A stretch of 64,000 nucleotides of DNA, from positions 3,904,001-3,968,000 of the forward strand of contig OZ245046.1 in NCBI GenBank assembly GCA_965224245.1. Direction: 5' to 3'. Each line of letters opens with the position of its first letter. Position 1 is the first letter of the stretch. The notes below the pieces were generated by a model, which was given only the letters and a program-made list of their open reading frames with translations, was not told where the DNA came from and did no database searches. The stretch is from Candidatus Eiseniibacteriota bacterium (GTDB taxonomy: Bacteria > Eisenbacteria > RBG-16-71-46 > CAZAMP01). Shown here piece after piece: positions 49,089 through 59,458 of this stretch. A program made the translations under genes and the position numbers.

Positions 49089-49841
49089 CTAGAAGCTCAC
49101 CCTGGCCTGAAGCCCGAACGTGACGTGGTCCTCGTCCACGCTCGCAGCCGAGAGGGCATCACCGATCGTCGAGTTCAGGACGGCCGTGTACGACAGCGAC
49201 GGCGACACCTGGATCCCGTTCGGGAACGAGACGTCGACCGCGGCGCGAAGACCGGCATCGCTCAGCGAGCCCTCGTCGACGGCGAAGGTCTGGGCGTGAT
49301 AGCTCCCGGTCGCGGCCGCGACGTGCGCGGTCAGGTTCAGCGCCGCGATCGGGGCCACCGGCATGCCGTAGCCGGCGCCGAGCCGGGCGTACGCGCCGTC
49401 GGTATCCCCGACGCCCAGGTACACCGCGGCCGATGCCTCGACCGGCAGGCGCGTGGTCGACGCCGATGCGAACAGCTCGTGCGAGTCCACGTCGGTCACC
49501 GGATAGCGACGCAGGAGATAGCCGCCGTTCAGCTCGACCGCACCGACCTCGCGACGCAGGCCGGCTTCCACGTCGATCTCGGTGAACTCGCCCGAGTGCG
49601 ACTGGCGATCGGTGAGATCGGAGAAACCGGCCGCGCGAAACGCGAAGACACCGGACGACATGCCGATGCCCGTCTCGACCACGGGCTCGTCGTTCATGAC
49701 CATCCCTCGCGTGACGTGCGCGGAGTAGACACCGAGGTCGGCGGACACCTCGACTCCCCCGGGGGCTGCGAGTGCCGGTGACGCGATCAGCGTGACCGTG
49801 GCGGCGAGTCCGGCCGCCAGCGAGCGGTTTCGTCGTTCCAT
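49089..49841 (-). CDS. Outer-membrane beta-barrel, TorF/TIGR02001-like putative porin
   Basis: Signal peptide; S.HVTRGM..NDEPV; EIDVEAG; C-terminal ARVSF. Confidence 0.75.
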   Translation of the reverse strand: MERRNRSLAAGLAATVTLIASPALAAPGGVEVSADLGVYSAHVTRGMVMNDEPVVETGIGMSSGVFAFRAAGFSDLTDRQSHSGEFTEIDVEAGLRREVGAVELNGGYLLRRYPVTDVDSHELFASASTTRLPVEASAAVYLGVGDTDGAYARLGAGYGMPVAPIAALNLTAHVAAATGSYHAQTFAVDEGSLSDAGLRAAVDVSFPNGIQVSPSLSYTAVLNSTIGDALSAASVDEDHVTFGLQARVSF

Positions 49842-49896
49842 CGTTCTGGCCTTCCCTTCGCGGCTGAGTCGTCGGGGCTCGGCGTGGATCGCCGAG

Positions 49897-49942
49897 GGGC
49901 GTTGGCCCATCGAGTTCGGTATCGACCGAACCGCGAGCGCGG
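49897..49942 (-). ncRNA. Candidate DUF1646-type (Na+-sensing) riboswitch aptamer
   Basis: CGGTT-cggtcgataccg-AACTCGATGGGCC in the 5' UTR of the porin gene. It resembles my recollection of the DUF1646 consensus; the outer stem is weak. Confidence 0.4.
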
Positions 49943-50246
49943 GGAATGGCGGCTTCGACGAAAACGATCGGGAGGGTTCCCGACTGGTTCGGGGCGTGCG
50001 GGGCGCGGCTCGTTTGGACCGCACCGGCGTGCGATCGGTCCCGGCGTCCGAACGCCGAGACGGACGGAGCGGCTGGCGTCGCGCGGTCGTGCGGCGCCGG
50101 GAGCGCCGGGCGTGCCCGGGACGGAACGGGCGGCGGAGGGCGCGCGGTCGCGCCCGGCGCGGCGCGCCCGGCGCGGAACGGGCCGCGAGACGGGAGCTCG
50201 AGGAGGCGAGTCGCGGACCGCGCTCGCCCCCCGGACGCGTGGCCGG

Positions 50247-51467
50247 CTAGGCGAGCACCTCGCGAATGTGTCCGAGCGCCCAGTCGATGTCGTCCTTGCC
50301 GATGACGAGCGGCGGCGCGAACCGGATCACGTTGTCGTGCGTCTCCTTGCACAGGATGCCGCGATCCTTCAGCCGCTCGCAGTACGGGCGCGCCGGGCTC
50401 GCCGCATCGGTCAGCTCGACGCCGATCAGGAGGCCACGCCCGCGCACCTCCTTCACGTGCGGCGAGGCGATCGCGCGCAGCTCGGACATGAAGTACTCGC
50501 CGAGCGTCGCCGCGTTCTCGACGAGCTTCTCGTCGACGAGGATCCGGAGCGCCTCGCGGGCGACCGCGCAGGCCAGCGGATTGCCGCCGAACGTCGAGCC
50601 GTGGTCTCCGGGCTGGAAGACACCCATGACGTCGCGCCGACCGACGACAGCGGACACGGGATAGAAGCCCCCGCTGAGCGCCTTTCCGAGGATGTAGAGA
50701 TCCCCGCGCACACCCTCGTGATCGGCCGCGAAGAGCTTCCCGGTGCGCCCGAGACCGGTCTGGATCTCGTCGTCGATCAGGAGCACGAGGTTGGCATCGC
50801 AGAGGTCCCGCACGCGTCGCAGATAGCCGTCGGGGGGCACGATGACACCGCCCTCACCCTGCATCGGCTCGAGCAGGATCGCCACCGTGTTCGGCGTGAT
50901 CGCACCGGCGAGCGCGTCGGAGTCGCCGTACGGAACGCACACGAACCCGGGCGTGAACGGCCCGAAGCCATCCTTGTACTGCTCCTCGGACGAGAAGCCG
51001 ACGATCGTCGTCGTGCGCCCGTGGAAGTTGTTCTCGAAGACGATGATCTCGGCCGCACCGTCCGGCACGCCCTTGACGGTGTATCCCCACTTGCGCGCGG
51101 CCTTGATCGCGGTCTCGACGGCCTCGGCGCCGGAATTCATCGGCAGCACCGTGTCCATGCCGGTCAGCTCGCAGAGCTCCTTGCAGAACGGTCCCAGCTG
51201 AGCGTTGTGAAAGGCACGCGACGTGAGCGTGACCCGCTGGGCCTGCTCGGTCAGGGCCGCGACGAGGCGCGGATGGCAGTGTCCTTGATTGAGTGCGCTG
51301 TACGCCGAGAGACAATCCAGGTACCGATTCCCGTCGACGTCCCAGACCCACACGCCCTCGGCGCGCTCGATCACGACCGGGAGCGGATGATAGTTGTGTG
51401 CGCCATAGGCGTCGGCCATCGTGATGTGGTCTCGGGTCCGGCTACCGGCCGTGGTCGTGTTGGCCAT
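50247..51467 (-). CDS. rocD: Ornithine--oxo-acid aminotransferase
   Basis: [47 protein letters not shown] (PLP Lys), HGSTFGGNP. Confidence 0.95.
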   Translation of the reverse strand: MANTTTAGSRTRDHITMADAYGAHNYHPLPVVIERAEGVWVWDVDGNRYLDCLSAYSALNQGHCHPRLVAALTEQAQRVTLTSRAFHNAQLGPFCKELCELTGMDTVLPMNSGAEAVETAIKAARKWGYTVKGVPDGAAEIIVFENNFHGRTTTIVGFSSEEQYKDGFGPFTPGFVCVPYGDSDALAGAITPNTVAILLEPMQGEGGVIVPPDGYLRRVRDLCDANLVLLIDDEIQTGLGRTGKLFAADHEGVRGDLYILGKALSGGFYPVSAVVGRRDVMGVFQPGDHGSTFGGNPLACAVAREALRILVDEKLVENAATLGEYFMSELRAIASPHVKEVRGRGLLIGVELTDAASPARPYCERLKDRGILCKETHDNVIRFAPPLVIGKDDIDWALGHIREVLA

Positions 51468-51627
51468 CGGTCGATCCTCCAGGTTCGGCGGTCTCATTGG
51501 CACCGGGTTGCCCGCCTCGGCGGGTCCGGATGATCGTCGAAATCGAACGAGTCTATCACGGGCCGTGTTGCGCGAAACAACCCGAGATCGGAGCTAAATC
51601 TGTACGGGTACAGACGTTGAGCGCACC

Positions 51628-52416
51628 TCAGCCGGTCGGTCCGGACGGCGTGATCGGCTCGGCCTCCTCGGGAGCCCGAAAGGCCGAGGGGGCGATCGCG
51701 GACCGATCGACTCCGACCAGCTCCACGGTCCGCCCGATCGATCGGTCCTCGTCGAGAGTCTCCACCCGTACGATCAGTCCCGGCGGCGTGCCGGGCGGCG
51801 GATCACGACGGAGGTCGCGCATGACGTCGACACCCCACGCGAGCGGGGGATGTCCCGCCCAGAATCGGCGGTAGTGCGAGAAGACCGCGACGTCCTCGCC
51901 GAGAACGCCGGCGCTGTCGGGGTCCACCGTCCACACCCGCGCCTCGAGCACCTCTCCGTCGAGGATGTCGTAGCCGGTGGCGCCGAGGGACCTCCACGTG
52001 CGATCGCGGCCGTTGGGGCGTGCGCTGCGCTCGTCCCCCGGAACCGGCGCGATCGGGGGGAGCTGCGCGCGAACGGCATCCCGCTCGGCGGCCGGAAGTC
52101 GGGCGAGGGCCTCGTCGACCGCCGCGCTCGACGCCTCGGCCCGCCGGATCATCCCCAGCGCCGTCTCTTCGGTGACGATCCGCGCCACGTCCCGCGCGCG
52201 ATCGATCAGCCAGGTGGTGGCCTCGGACGCACGAAACAGGACGACGTGGTCGCCCGACTCCAGCGAGAACGCATCGGGGCTCACCCGGCAGACCACGGTG
52301 GCCGGCTCGTCCCCGGTGGTGACCCGGTAGTCGAAGGTGACGTCGGCGCCGGCGACCGCCGCGGACGACGCCGCCGTGATCAACACCCCGGCCACCCGTC
52401 GAAACCCGATGCACAT
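51628..52416 (-). CDS. Secreted DUF4412-like protein
   Basis: Signal peptide; VLFRA..TWLID; EALARLPAAERD; IAPSAFRAPE. Confidence 0.6.
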   Translation of the reverse strand: MCIGFRRVAGVLITAASSAAVAGADVTFDYRVTTGDEPATVVCRVSPDAFSLESGDHVVLFRASEATTWLIDRARDVARIVTEETALGMIRRAEASSAAVDEALARLPAAERDAVRAQLPPIAPVPGDERSARPNGRDRTWRSLGATGYDILDGEVLEARVWTVDPDSAGVLGEDVAVFSHYRRFWAGHPPLAWGVDVMRDLRRDPPPGTPPGLIVRVETLDEDRSIGRTVELVGVDRSAIAPSAFRAPEEAEPITPSGPTG

Positions 52417-52521
52417 GTGTTCGGTACCTCTCCTGGCCGGCCCGTCCGCGAGCCTCGCGGGCCGCCACCGGGTCCAGCGGACGTTTGACCCCGCCACGAC
52501 GACGCCTATACGATGCCCGCC

Positions 52522-53478
52522 ATGACACACGTTCTCGAGGTCGCCGACGTCGTCAAGACGTTCGGCAAGCACCGCGCCGTCGACGGCGTCAGCTTCCAGG
52601 TGCGCGCCGGCCGTATCTTCGGCCTGCTCGGCCCCAACGGCGCCGGCAAGAGTACGACGATTCGCATGATCATGAACATCATCGTGCCCGATTCGGGCTC
52701 GATTCGCGTGTTCGGCGAGCGTCAGGACGGTAACCAGAACGACCGGATCGGGTTCCTTCCCGAGGAGCGCGGCCTCTACCGGAAGATGACCGTCCGAGAC
52801 CATCTTCTCTTTCTCGGCGAGATCCGGGGCGTTCGCAAGGAGAAGGCGGGGCCACGGATCGACGAGTGGCTGGAGCGGATGGGCCTCGTCGAGTGGGCCG
52901 GGAACAAGGTCGAAGAGCTGTCCAAGGGCATGCAGCAGAAGATCCAGTTCATCGGCACGATGCTGGCCGATCCCCCGATCCTCATCCTGGACGAGCCGTT
53001 CAGCGGGCTGGATCCGATCAACGTCATCCAGCTCAAGGAGACGCTGATCCACGCCCGCGAGGCCGGAAAGGCCATCATCTTCTCCACGCACGTGCTCGAG
53101 CAGGCCGAGAAGCTCTGCGACGACATCTGCCTGATCAAGGACGGCCGGATCATCCTGCACGGCGACCTGGACCGCGTGCGCGAGCAGTTCCGGCTGCCCC
53201 TGTACCGGGTACGCGGGACCGGACTCGAGAGGCTCGAGGGGCTGCCCGGCGTCAAGTCGATCACGCGGGAGCAGCGGGAAGACGAACCGGACGAGCTGTC
53301 GGACGCCACGATCGAGGCGACGCGTGAGGACACGCGACGGGTCGAGCTCGAGGACGACTCGGCGCGGGCCGCGTTCCTGACCGCCGCGCTGGCCGCGGCC
53401 GACCTGACCGAGTTCCGAGCGCTCGAGCCCGATCTGGAATCGATCTTCATCGAGGCGGTGAGTCATGCGGCTCGATAG
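52522..53478 (+). CDS. ABC-2 transporter ATP-binding protein (YhaQ/NatA-like)
   Basis: GPNGAGKS, LPEERGLY, LSKGM, LILDEPFSGLDP, FSTH. Confidence 0.95.
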   Translation: MTHVLEVADVVKTFGKHRAVDGVSFQVRAGRIFGLLGPNGAGKSTTIRMIMNIIVPDSGSIRVFGERQDGNQNDRIGFLPEERGLYRKMTVRDHLLFLGEIRGVRKEKAGPRIDEWLERMGLVEWAGNKVEELSKGMQQKIQFIGTMLADPPILILDEPFSGLDPINVIQLKETLIHAREAGKAIIFSTHVLEQAEKLCDDICLIKDGRIILHGDLDRVREQFRLPLYRVRGTGLERLEGLPGVKSITREQREDEPDELSDATIEATREDTRRVELEDDSARAAFLTAALAAADLTEFRALEPDLESIFIEAVSHAAR

Positions 53479-54718
53479 GTTCGCCGCCGTGGTCCGGCGC
53501 GAGTACATGACCCGCGTTCGCACGAAGGGCTTCTGGATCGCCACCGCGGCGTTTCCGCTCCTGTTCGGGGCGATGACCGTCGGCCCCTCGCTGATCGCCG
53601 AGAAGCAGCGCGAGCAGACCGTCCTCGGGTTCGTCGACGAGACCGGCCGCATCGAGGGAGGATTTCGTGCTCGCGTAGCCGAGCTCGCCGGGGCGGGCAA
53701 CTTCCCCGTGGAGATCGTCAGCTTCCCGCCGGGCACCGCCGCGGACTCGCTCGACGCCCGGGTGCTCCGGGACGACGTCGACGCGTACATCGTCGTGACC
53801 GAATCCTCGATCCAGGGCAGCGAGGTCTCGTACCACGCCAGGGTCACCACGAACTTCCAGATTCAGCAGATCATCCGCCAGGAGCTGGACCGGCTGTTCA
53901 CGAGGGACCGGCTCACCGCGGGCGGGTTCGACCCCGAGCGCATCGCCGAGCTCACGACGCGGCTCCGGCTCGATACGGTCGGCGTGGGCGCGGACGGAGA
54001 CGCCGGCGGTGGCGAGACGCGTTTCTTCTTCGCGTTCATCATCTTCATGATGCTGTACCTGATGATCGCCATTCACGGTCAGAACATCATGCGCAGCATC
54101 ATCGAGGAACGCTCGTCGAAGATCGTGGACGTGTTGATCACGGCGCTCAAGCCGACCGAGCTGCTCTTCGGCAAGATCGCCGGGGTCAGCGGGGCCACGC
54201 TCACGCAGCTCTTCGTGTGGGTCACGTCGGCGGCGCTCATCCGACGGCTCCTGGCCGACTCGCTGACCGACTCGATCGGGGCCCTGCCGTCGCTCCCGCC
54301 GTCGATGCTCGTGCACCTCGTGCTGTTCTTCGTCATGGGCTTTCTCCTGTACGCGAGCCTCTTCGCGATGGTGGGCGCCACACATACGAACGACCAGGAG
54401 GCGCAGCAGTACGTCTGGGTGGTATCGATGCCGCTGATGGCGTGTGCGTTCATCCTGATGGGTGTGGTCACGGCGCCGTCCTCGACGCTGAACGTGGTCC
54501 TGTCGGTGATCCCGTTCTTCGCGCCCCTCATCATGCTGACGCGCATGCTCGTCTCGTCCGTTCCCGCCTGGCAGGTGGCGGTGAGCTACGCTCTGCTGGC
54601 CGCGATGATCGCGTTGCTCCTGACCGGCGCCGCGCGCGTCTACCGGGTCGGGATCCTGATGACCGGCAAGCGTCCGACGCTCGGTGAGATCGTCCGCTGG
54701 ATCCGACAGGCGTCGTAG
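53465..54718 (+). CDS. ABC-2 transporter permease (YhaP/NatB-like)
   Basis: REYMTRVRTKGF, EERSSKIVDVL, GKIAG, multiple TMs, YRVGILMTGKRP. Confidence 0.92.
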   Translation: MRLDRFAAVVRREYMTRVRTKGFWIATAAFPLLFGAMTVGPSLIAEKQREQTVLGFVDETGRIEGGFRARVAELAGAGNFPVEIVSFPPGTAADSLDARVLRDDVDAYIVVTESSIQGSEVSYHARVTTNFQIQQIIRQELDRLFTRDRLTAGGFDPERIAELTTRLRLDTVGVGADGDAGGGETRFFFAFIIFMMLYLMIAIHGQNIMRSIIEERSSKIVDVLITALKPTELLFGKIAGVSGATLTQLFVWVTSAALIRRLLADSLTDSIGALPSLPPSMLVHLVLFFVMGFLLYASLFAMVGATHTNDQEAQQYVWVVSMPLMACAFILMGVVTAPSSTLNVVLSVIPFFAPLIMLTRMLVSSVPAWQVAVSYALLAAMIALLLTGAARVYRVGILMTGKRPTLGEIVRWIRQAS

Positions 54719-54723
54719 CCACG

Positions 54724-56517
54724 ATGCCGCCCCGGCGTCGACAGATCGCGTTCGTCCTGGCCGCCGCGGCGCTGCACCTCTGTGTACTCGCCTGGTTCTG
54801 GGCCACCGATCCGTTCGCGGCGAGCCCGATCGTGGACGCGTACCGCTACGACACCCTGGCGCGCGCGCTGGTCGCGAACGGCTTCTCGGTCGAAGGTCCA
54901 CATCATCAGGCGCCGTTCTATCCCTACTGGCTCGCGGCGCTCTACCGGATCTCGCCGTCCCTGCCGTTCGTGTTCATGGTGCAGGCCCTCGTGGCCGCGG
55001 CCGTGGTGCTCCTGGTCGTCCGCGTCGCCGGACGGTGGTTCGGCCGGCGGGCGGCCACGATCGCCGGCGTGCTCGCGCTCGCCTCCGGACCGCTCGCGTT
55101 GTTCGCACCGCGCCTCCTGCCGACGGTCCCCGCCCTGGCACTCCAGCTCCTGTGGCTGGATCGGATCCCCGGCGAGAACGTGCGCGCCCGCGCGTGGATC
55201 CTGCCGGGAGTCGTTCTGGGGGTCGCGTGCCTGGCGCGCCCCAACCTGCTCCTGATCGTCCCCTGGGGCGTGGCGCTGATCCTGACCGGACGCGCCCGCC
55301 CGCGCGCGGTGGGCACGATGCTCGTGGCGGCCGCGCTCGTGGTGGCCCCCGTCACGCTGCACAACCTCCGCCAGGGCGAGGGGCTGATTCTGATCTCGGC
55401 CAATGCGGGCGAGACGTTCTCACACGGCAACAACCCGTCCGCACGGGGCGGCTACGCACCGGTGGCCGGGCTCCGCGGGGCCGACATCCTCCGGCAGGCC
55501 GACGTGGCCCGCGAGCTGGCCGAAACGGAGGAGGGCCGTGCGCTCTCGACCGCCGACGTCCAGCGGTACTGGCTCCGGCGCGGGATGTCGTTCCTGACCG
55601 GGAATCCGTCACACGCCGGATGGCTCATCCTCCAGAAGGCGCGGCTGATGCTCGGCGCCGAGGAGACACCCGACATCTACTCCGCGCGTCTCGAGGGCGC
55701 GCGCTACACCGCCGCCTTCCGGCTGCTCGCGGTGTCGCTCCCCTGGACGATCCCGTTCGTCTTGCTCGGGGTCGTTCGCCGGCGGCGGGAGATCGATCCC
55801 TGGTACCTGGGGCTTCTCTGCACGCACGCGATCACGATGCTCGTGTTCTACGTCAGCAACCGGTACCGGGCGCCGCTGGACGTGCTGCTTCTCCCGCTCG
55901 CGGCGGCGGGCCTGTCGGCCGGTCGGACCGCGCTCGGAGATCGACGCTCGCTCGCCGCGATCGCCGCCGGCGTCGCGCTGATCGCCGTCCTCGTCCTGAC
56001 CGCCGAGGACACCGACCGGGACGACGCCGGGATCATCCTGACGAACCTGGGGACGACGCTCGCCCGCGCCGATCGGCTCGACGCCGCCGTCCCGGTCTTT
56101 CGCGAGGCGACCGAGGTCCGGCCCGGCTGGGCGCGGGGCCATCACTATCTCGGGCGCGCGCTCGCGCGCGGGGGCGACGTACCGGGCGCGCTGGAGTCGC
56201 TCCGGCGAGCGGTCGGGCTGGAGCCCGAGCTGGCCGAGGCGCGACTGGACCTCGTCCGTGCTTACCTCACGCTGGGTCAGCCCGACGCCGCGGCGTCCGA
56301 GCTGGCGGCGCTGGCCACCGCGCCGCGGCTCGAGTGGGACGTGATCGTGCCGGCGTCTCGCTTCGCCGAGCAGCTCGGACTCGACGACGTCGTCCGGCGA
56401 CTCGTCCTGGGGAGCGGCACGTGCGAGGCAGCCGCCGGCCGACTCCGGACGGCCGCCCTGTCTCCGGAGCACCGGGACGAGATCCGCGCCCGGCTGGGCC
56501 GGCTCTGCGGGTCCTGA
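54724..56517 (+). CDS. GT-C (PMT/GT39-like) glycosyltransferase with C-terminal TPRs
   Basis: DAYRYD, APFYPYWLA, LARPN, GNNP.A.G, RYR.P; TPRs after the TM domain. Confidence 0.8.
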   Translation: MPPRRRQIAFVLAAAALHLCVLAWFWATDPFAASPIVDAYRYDTLARALVANGFSVEGPHHQAPFYPYWLAALYRISPSLPFVFMVQALVAAAVVLLVVRVAGRWFGRRAATIAGVLALASGPLALFAPRLLPTVPALALQLLWLDRIPGENVRARAWILPGVVLGVACLARPNLLLIVPWGVALILTGRARPRAVGTMLVAAALVVAPVTLHNLRQGEGLILISANAGETFSHGNNPSARGGYAPVAGLRGADILRQADVARELAETEEGRALSTADVQRYWLRRGMSFLTGNPSHAGWLILQKARLMLGAEETPDIYSARLEGARYTAAFRLLAVSLPWTIPFVLLGVVRRRREIDPWYLGLLCTHAITMLVFYVSNRYRAPLDVLLLPLAAAGLSAGRTALGDRRSLAAIAAGVALIAVLVLTAEDTDRDDAGIILTNLGTTLARADRLDAAVPVFREATEVRPGWARGHHYLGRALARGGDVPGALESLRRAVGLEPELAEARLDLVRAYLTLGQPDAAASELAALATAPRLEWDVIVPASRFAEQLGLDDVVRRLVLGSGTCEAAAGRLRTAALSPEHRDEIRARLGRLCGS

Positions 56518-56614
56518 CCCCGATCGCTCTCACGCGGCTCTCATGCGCGGCGAGGCACAATGAGGCTCGCTCGGTCCTGCACGCTTCTGGACGGCGCCAC
56601 CGAGGAGGTCCTTC

Positions 56615-57484
56615 GTGGAGTCCATCGCCACCGGTCTCGCGTCGCTGGTCGTGCTCGTCACGACCGTCGCCGCCGCGCTCCCCGCCGGAGCCGTTCGCGG
56701 TCACCTGGAAACGCTCGATCTACCGGCACACCTGCGCGACCGCGGGGACGGAACTCCTCTGTCGATGTTCGGCACCTACGTGCAGCCGCGTCAGCTCCTC
56801 GTCTACCCGTTCTTCGAGTTCTACCGGGATCACGACCACGAGTACGCGCCGAACGACCTCGGCTATGGAGAGGACGTCGACTACCGCGGCGAGTACGAGG
56901 CCACCGAGGAGCTCATCTTCGTGGCGTACGGCATCACGAGGCGGCTCGCCGTCGAGGTCGAGGCGGCGATCATCCAGGCCGAGCTCGAGCGGAGCCCGGA
57001 GGACCGCTCGGGCGTGCCCGACGAGATCGAGGAGTCCGGGCTCGGCGACGTCGAGGGCCAGATCCGCTACCGCTGGATCGAGGAGGACGCGGGGGGACCG
57101 GGCCTCTTTTCGTACCTCGAGACGGTGATCCCCACACAGGACCCGGGCTCGCTGATCGGCACCACGGACTGGGAGTTCAAGCTCGGCACCTGCGTCGTCC
57201 GCGGGTTCGGGTTCGGCACCGTCACGCTGCGCGCGGCGGTCGAGTACGATCGCGCCGAGGACAAGGGCGAGCTCGGGGAGCTGGCGGTCGAGTACCTCCG
57301 CCGCGTCTCGGGATCCTGGCGGGTGTACCTGGGGGTGGAGGGCACGCAGGACGAGGTCGAGCTGATCCCCGAGCTCCAGTGGCACGCCAGCCCACGCGTC
57401 GTGGTCAAGCTGAGCAACGGGATCGGGCTCACGTCGAAGGCGACGGACTGGGCGCCGGAGCTCGGGGTGCTGCTGTCGCCGTGA
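56615..57484 (+). CDS. Outer-membrane beta-barrel (MetA-pathway/transporter-like)
   Basis: Signal peptide; YGIT..LAVE, SGLGDVE..IRYR, amphipathic strands. Confidence 0.7.
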   Translation: MESIATGLASLVVLVTTVAAALPAGAVRGHLETLDLPAHLRDRGDGTPLSMFGTYVQPRQLLVYPFFEFYRDHDHEYAPNDLGYGEDVDYRGEYEATEELIFVAYGITRRLAVEVEAAIIQAELERSPEDRSGVPDEIEESGLGDVEGQIRYRWIEEDAGGPGLFSYLETVIPTQDPGSLIGTTDWEFKLGTCVVRGFGFGTVTLRAAVEYDRAEDKGELGELAVEYLRRVSGSWRVYLGVEGTQDEVELIPELQWHASPRVVVKLSNGIGLTSKATDWAPELGVLLSP

Positions 57485-57497
57485 GTCCCGGAACGGG

Positions 57498-58553
57498 CTA
57501 GCCATCCTCGTCCATCGACCGGAGGATCCGCACGTAGTTTGCGTATCGCCATCCGGTGACGTCCCCGCGCTCGCACGCCCTGCGCACGGCGCAGTCAGGC
57601 TCGTGGTCGTGCGTGCACGCACTGAAGCGACAGTCCGCGATCCACGCCTCGAACTCGGGGTACGCCAGCCGGAGCTGGTGCGCGTCCAGCGGCTCCAGCC
57701 CGAACGCGCGCACCCCCGGCGTGTCGACGATGAAGCCCCCGCCGTCCAGCTCGAGCAACGACGAGCGCGTCGTCGTGTGCGTTCCCTTCTGGCTGTACTC
57801 CGAGACGTCGCCGGTGCGAAGCCGCAGCCCGGGCTGTATCGCGTTCAGGAGCGACGACTTTCCGGCGCCCGAGGGACCGACGACGACCGACGTCTTCCCC
57901 GCGAGCGCACCGACCAGTGCGTCGAGGCCCTCGCCGGTGTGCGCGCTGACGCGGTGGCACGCGAACCCGACCGAGCGGTAGACCGACGCGACGTCCGCCG
58001 AAGACGCATCCTCGGCGACGGTCGCATCGTCCGGGTCGGGGACGGCCGCGCCGTCAGGGACGGCAGCGCCGTCAGGGACGGCGGCGTCACCGGACGGCCC
58101 GTCCTCGAGGTCGATCTTGTTGATCACGATGATCGGCGTGATGTCGGCACTCGCAGACGCGGCCAGGCATCGATCGATGAACCCCGTCCGCAGCGCCGGG
58201 CGACGCGTGGACGTCACGATGACCGTCTGATCGAGATTGGCCGCGAACACGTGTCGCACGCCCCGGCGCTTGGTCGCCATGCGGGTCAACGCGTTCCGCC
58301 GGGGAAGGACCTCGTGCACGACCCACTCCCCGGCGGACGGCTCGTCCACCCGCACCCGATCCCCCACCACGAGCACGTTGGTCTCGCGCCGGGCACCGCG
58401 TCCCAGTCGCGCGCGATGCGCGCACTCCACCACGCGGCCGGACGGCTCGAGGCGCACCCGGCTCCGACGGGCATGCACCTCCACGACGGTCCCCACCTCT
58501 GGACTCAGGGCTCCTCCTCGCCGTTCGTGACGTCTCTCGGCTCCGGGCTCCAA
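57498..58553 (-). CDS. rsgA: Ribosome small subunit-dependent GTPase A (start uncertain)
   Basis: VGDRV, AANLD, NKID, GPSGAGKS, GTHTT, DTPG, CRFSACTHDHEPDC. Confidence 0.95.
   Translation of the reverse strand: MEPGAERRHERRGGALSPEVGTVVEVHARRSRVRLEPSGRVVECAHRARLGRGARRETNVLVVGDRVRVDEPSAGEWVVHEVLPRRNALTRMATKRRGVRHVFAANLDQTVIVTSTRRPALRTGFIDRCLAASASADITPIIVINKIDLEDGPSGDAAVPDGAAVPDGAAVPDPDDATVAEDASSADVASVYRSVGFACHRVSAHTGEGLDALVGALAGKTSVVVGPSGAGKSSLLNAIQPGLRLRTGDVSEYSQKGTHTTTRSSLLELDGGGFIVDTPGVRAFGLEPLDAHQLRLAYPEFEAWIADCRFSACTHDHEPDCAVRRACERGDVTGWRYANYVRILRSMDEDG
58039..58088. repeat. 18-bp tandem repeat (about 2.7 copies) inside rsgA
   Basis: GGGACGGCNGCGCCGTCA units encoding AAVPDG repeats. Confidence 0.85.
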
Positions 58554-58719
58554 CGGAAAGGATTGTAATCACGTCAATTATGCGGCCTCAAGCCGGAGGC
58601 CGACGCTTGCGGGGTGGCGACGCGGTTTGCTACCGTTTGCGCCTGCCGCGAGCGGGCGATCGAGAGCCGAGAGCCGCACCTGGAGCCGGCACACAATCAG
58701 GGGTGAGGAAGGGCTGAAG

Positions 58720-59349
58720 ATGAGGACCATCGGTACGTGGCTGGGTGCCGTCGCCATCTCGTTGATGTTCGCGACCTCCGACGCGTTCGCGCAGTTCACG
58801 ACCTTCGAGGAGCAGTCGAGCGAGACCAAGTGGGGCGCGTCGTTCTTCTCGGGAGGCGACGTGGACAGCCTGGGGAACGTGCTCCTCGGGTTTCGCGTGA
58901 ACTACAAGCTCCTCGAGGTCGATCCCCTGGCGCGACTGAGCCCCGAAGGGGGTCTCGAGGTGCGGAAGAACTACGTCCTTCTCAAGATCGGCGCCCGGGG
59001 CGACTCGCGGGAGTTCATGCGATTCTCGGCGTTCGGCGGTGCCGGCGTGCTCAGGATCCAGGACTTCACGAACAGCGGCGACAGCGACTTCGGCTCGGAC
59101 GAGAGCTGGTACGTGAACTTCGGCGCCAAGTTCCGCCTGCCGTCGCTCCAGGGCACGCCGGTGCTGGGCGGCATCCTCGGCGGCATTCCGCTCGAGAACG
59201 TGTCGCTGTTCGTGGCCGAGGAGCTCACGGGGCTCGAGAATCCCACCTCGGACGAGGGTGCGCCCGAGTTCGGCGTCAACGAGTGGTATCCGTACTCGAT
59301 ACAGATCGGCGTCATGGTGGGCTCGGCCAGCGGCTGGCACACGGAGTGA
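58720..59349 (+). CDS. Secreted, probable outer-membrane beta-barrel protein
   Basis: Signal peptide ending AFA; alternating strands (WYVNFGAKFRL, SIQIGVMVG). Confidence 0.65.
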   Translation: MRTIGTWLGAVAISLMFATSDAFAQFTTFEEQSSETKWGASFFSGGDVDSLGNVLLGFRVNYKLLEVDPLARLSPEGGLEVRKNYVLLKIGARGDSREFMRFSAFGGAGVLRIQDFTNSGDSDFGSDESWYVNFGAKFRLPSLQGTPVLGGILGGIPLENVSLFVAEELTGLENPTSDEGAPEFGVNEWYPYSIQIGVMVGSASGWHTE

Positions 59350-59458
59350 CCGTCACGGCCGGCGACCGGCCGTCCCCTCTCCCCTTGAACGCGAACGCGG
59401 CTCCGAGACCGAAGCCGCGTCCGAGTGACCGGTGTATCGAGGCCGATCCGCCGGCGAT

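Noticed and set aside
49957-49980. GGAAC-N15-CGTC as an ECF promoter for the porin
   Set aside because: The spacer is one base shorter than typical and there is no second copy to support it; possible but unsupported.
50025-50246. Extremely GC-rich spacer downstream of rocD as an ncRNA or REP element
   Set aside because: No recognisable motif and no second copy seen; low-complexity GC pairing is expected by chance.
58615-58631. TGGCGA...TTGCT as a sigma-54 promoter
   Set aside because: The GG-to-GC spacing is one base too long. The region is better explained by divergent sigma-70-like elements.
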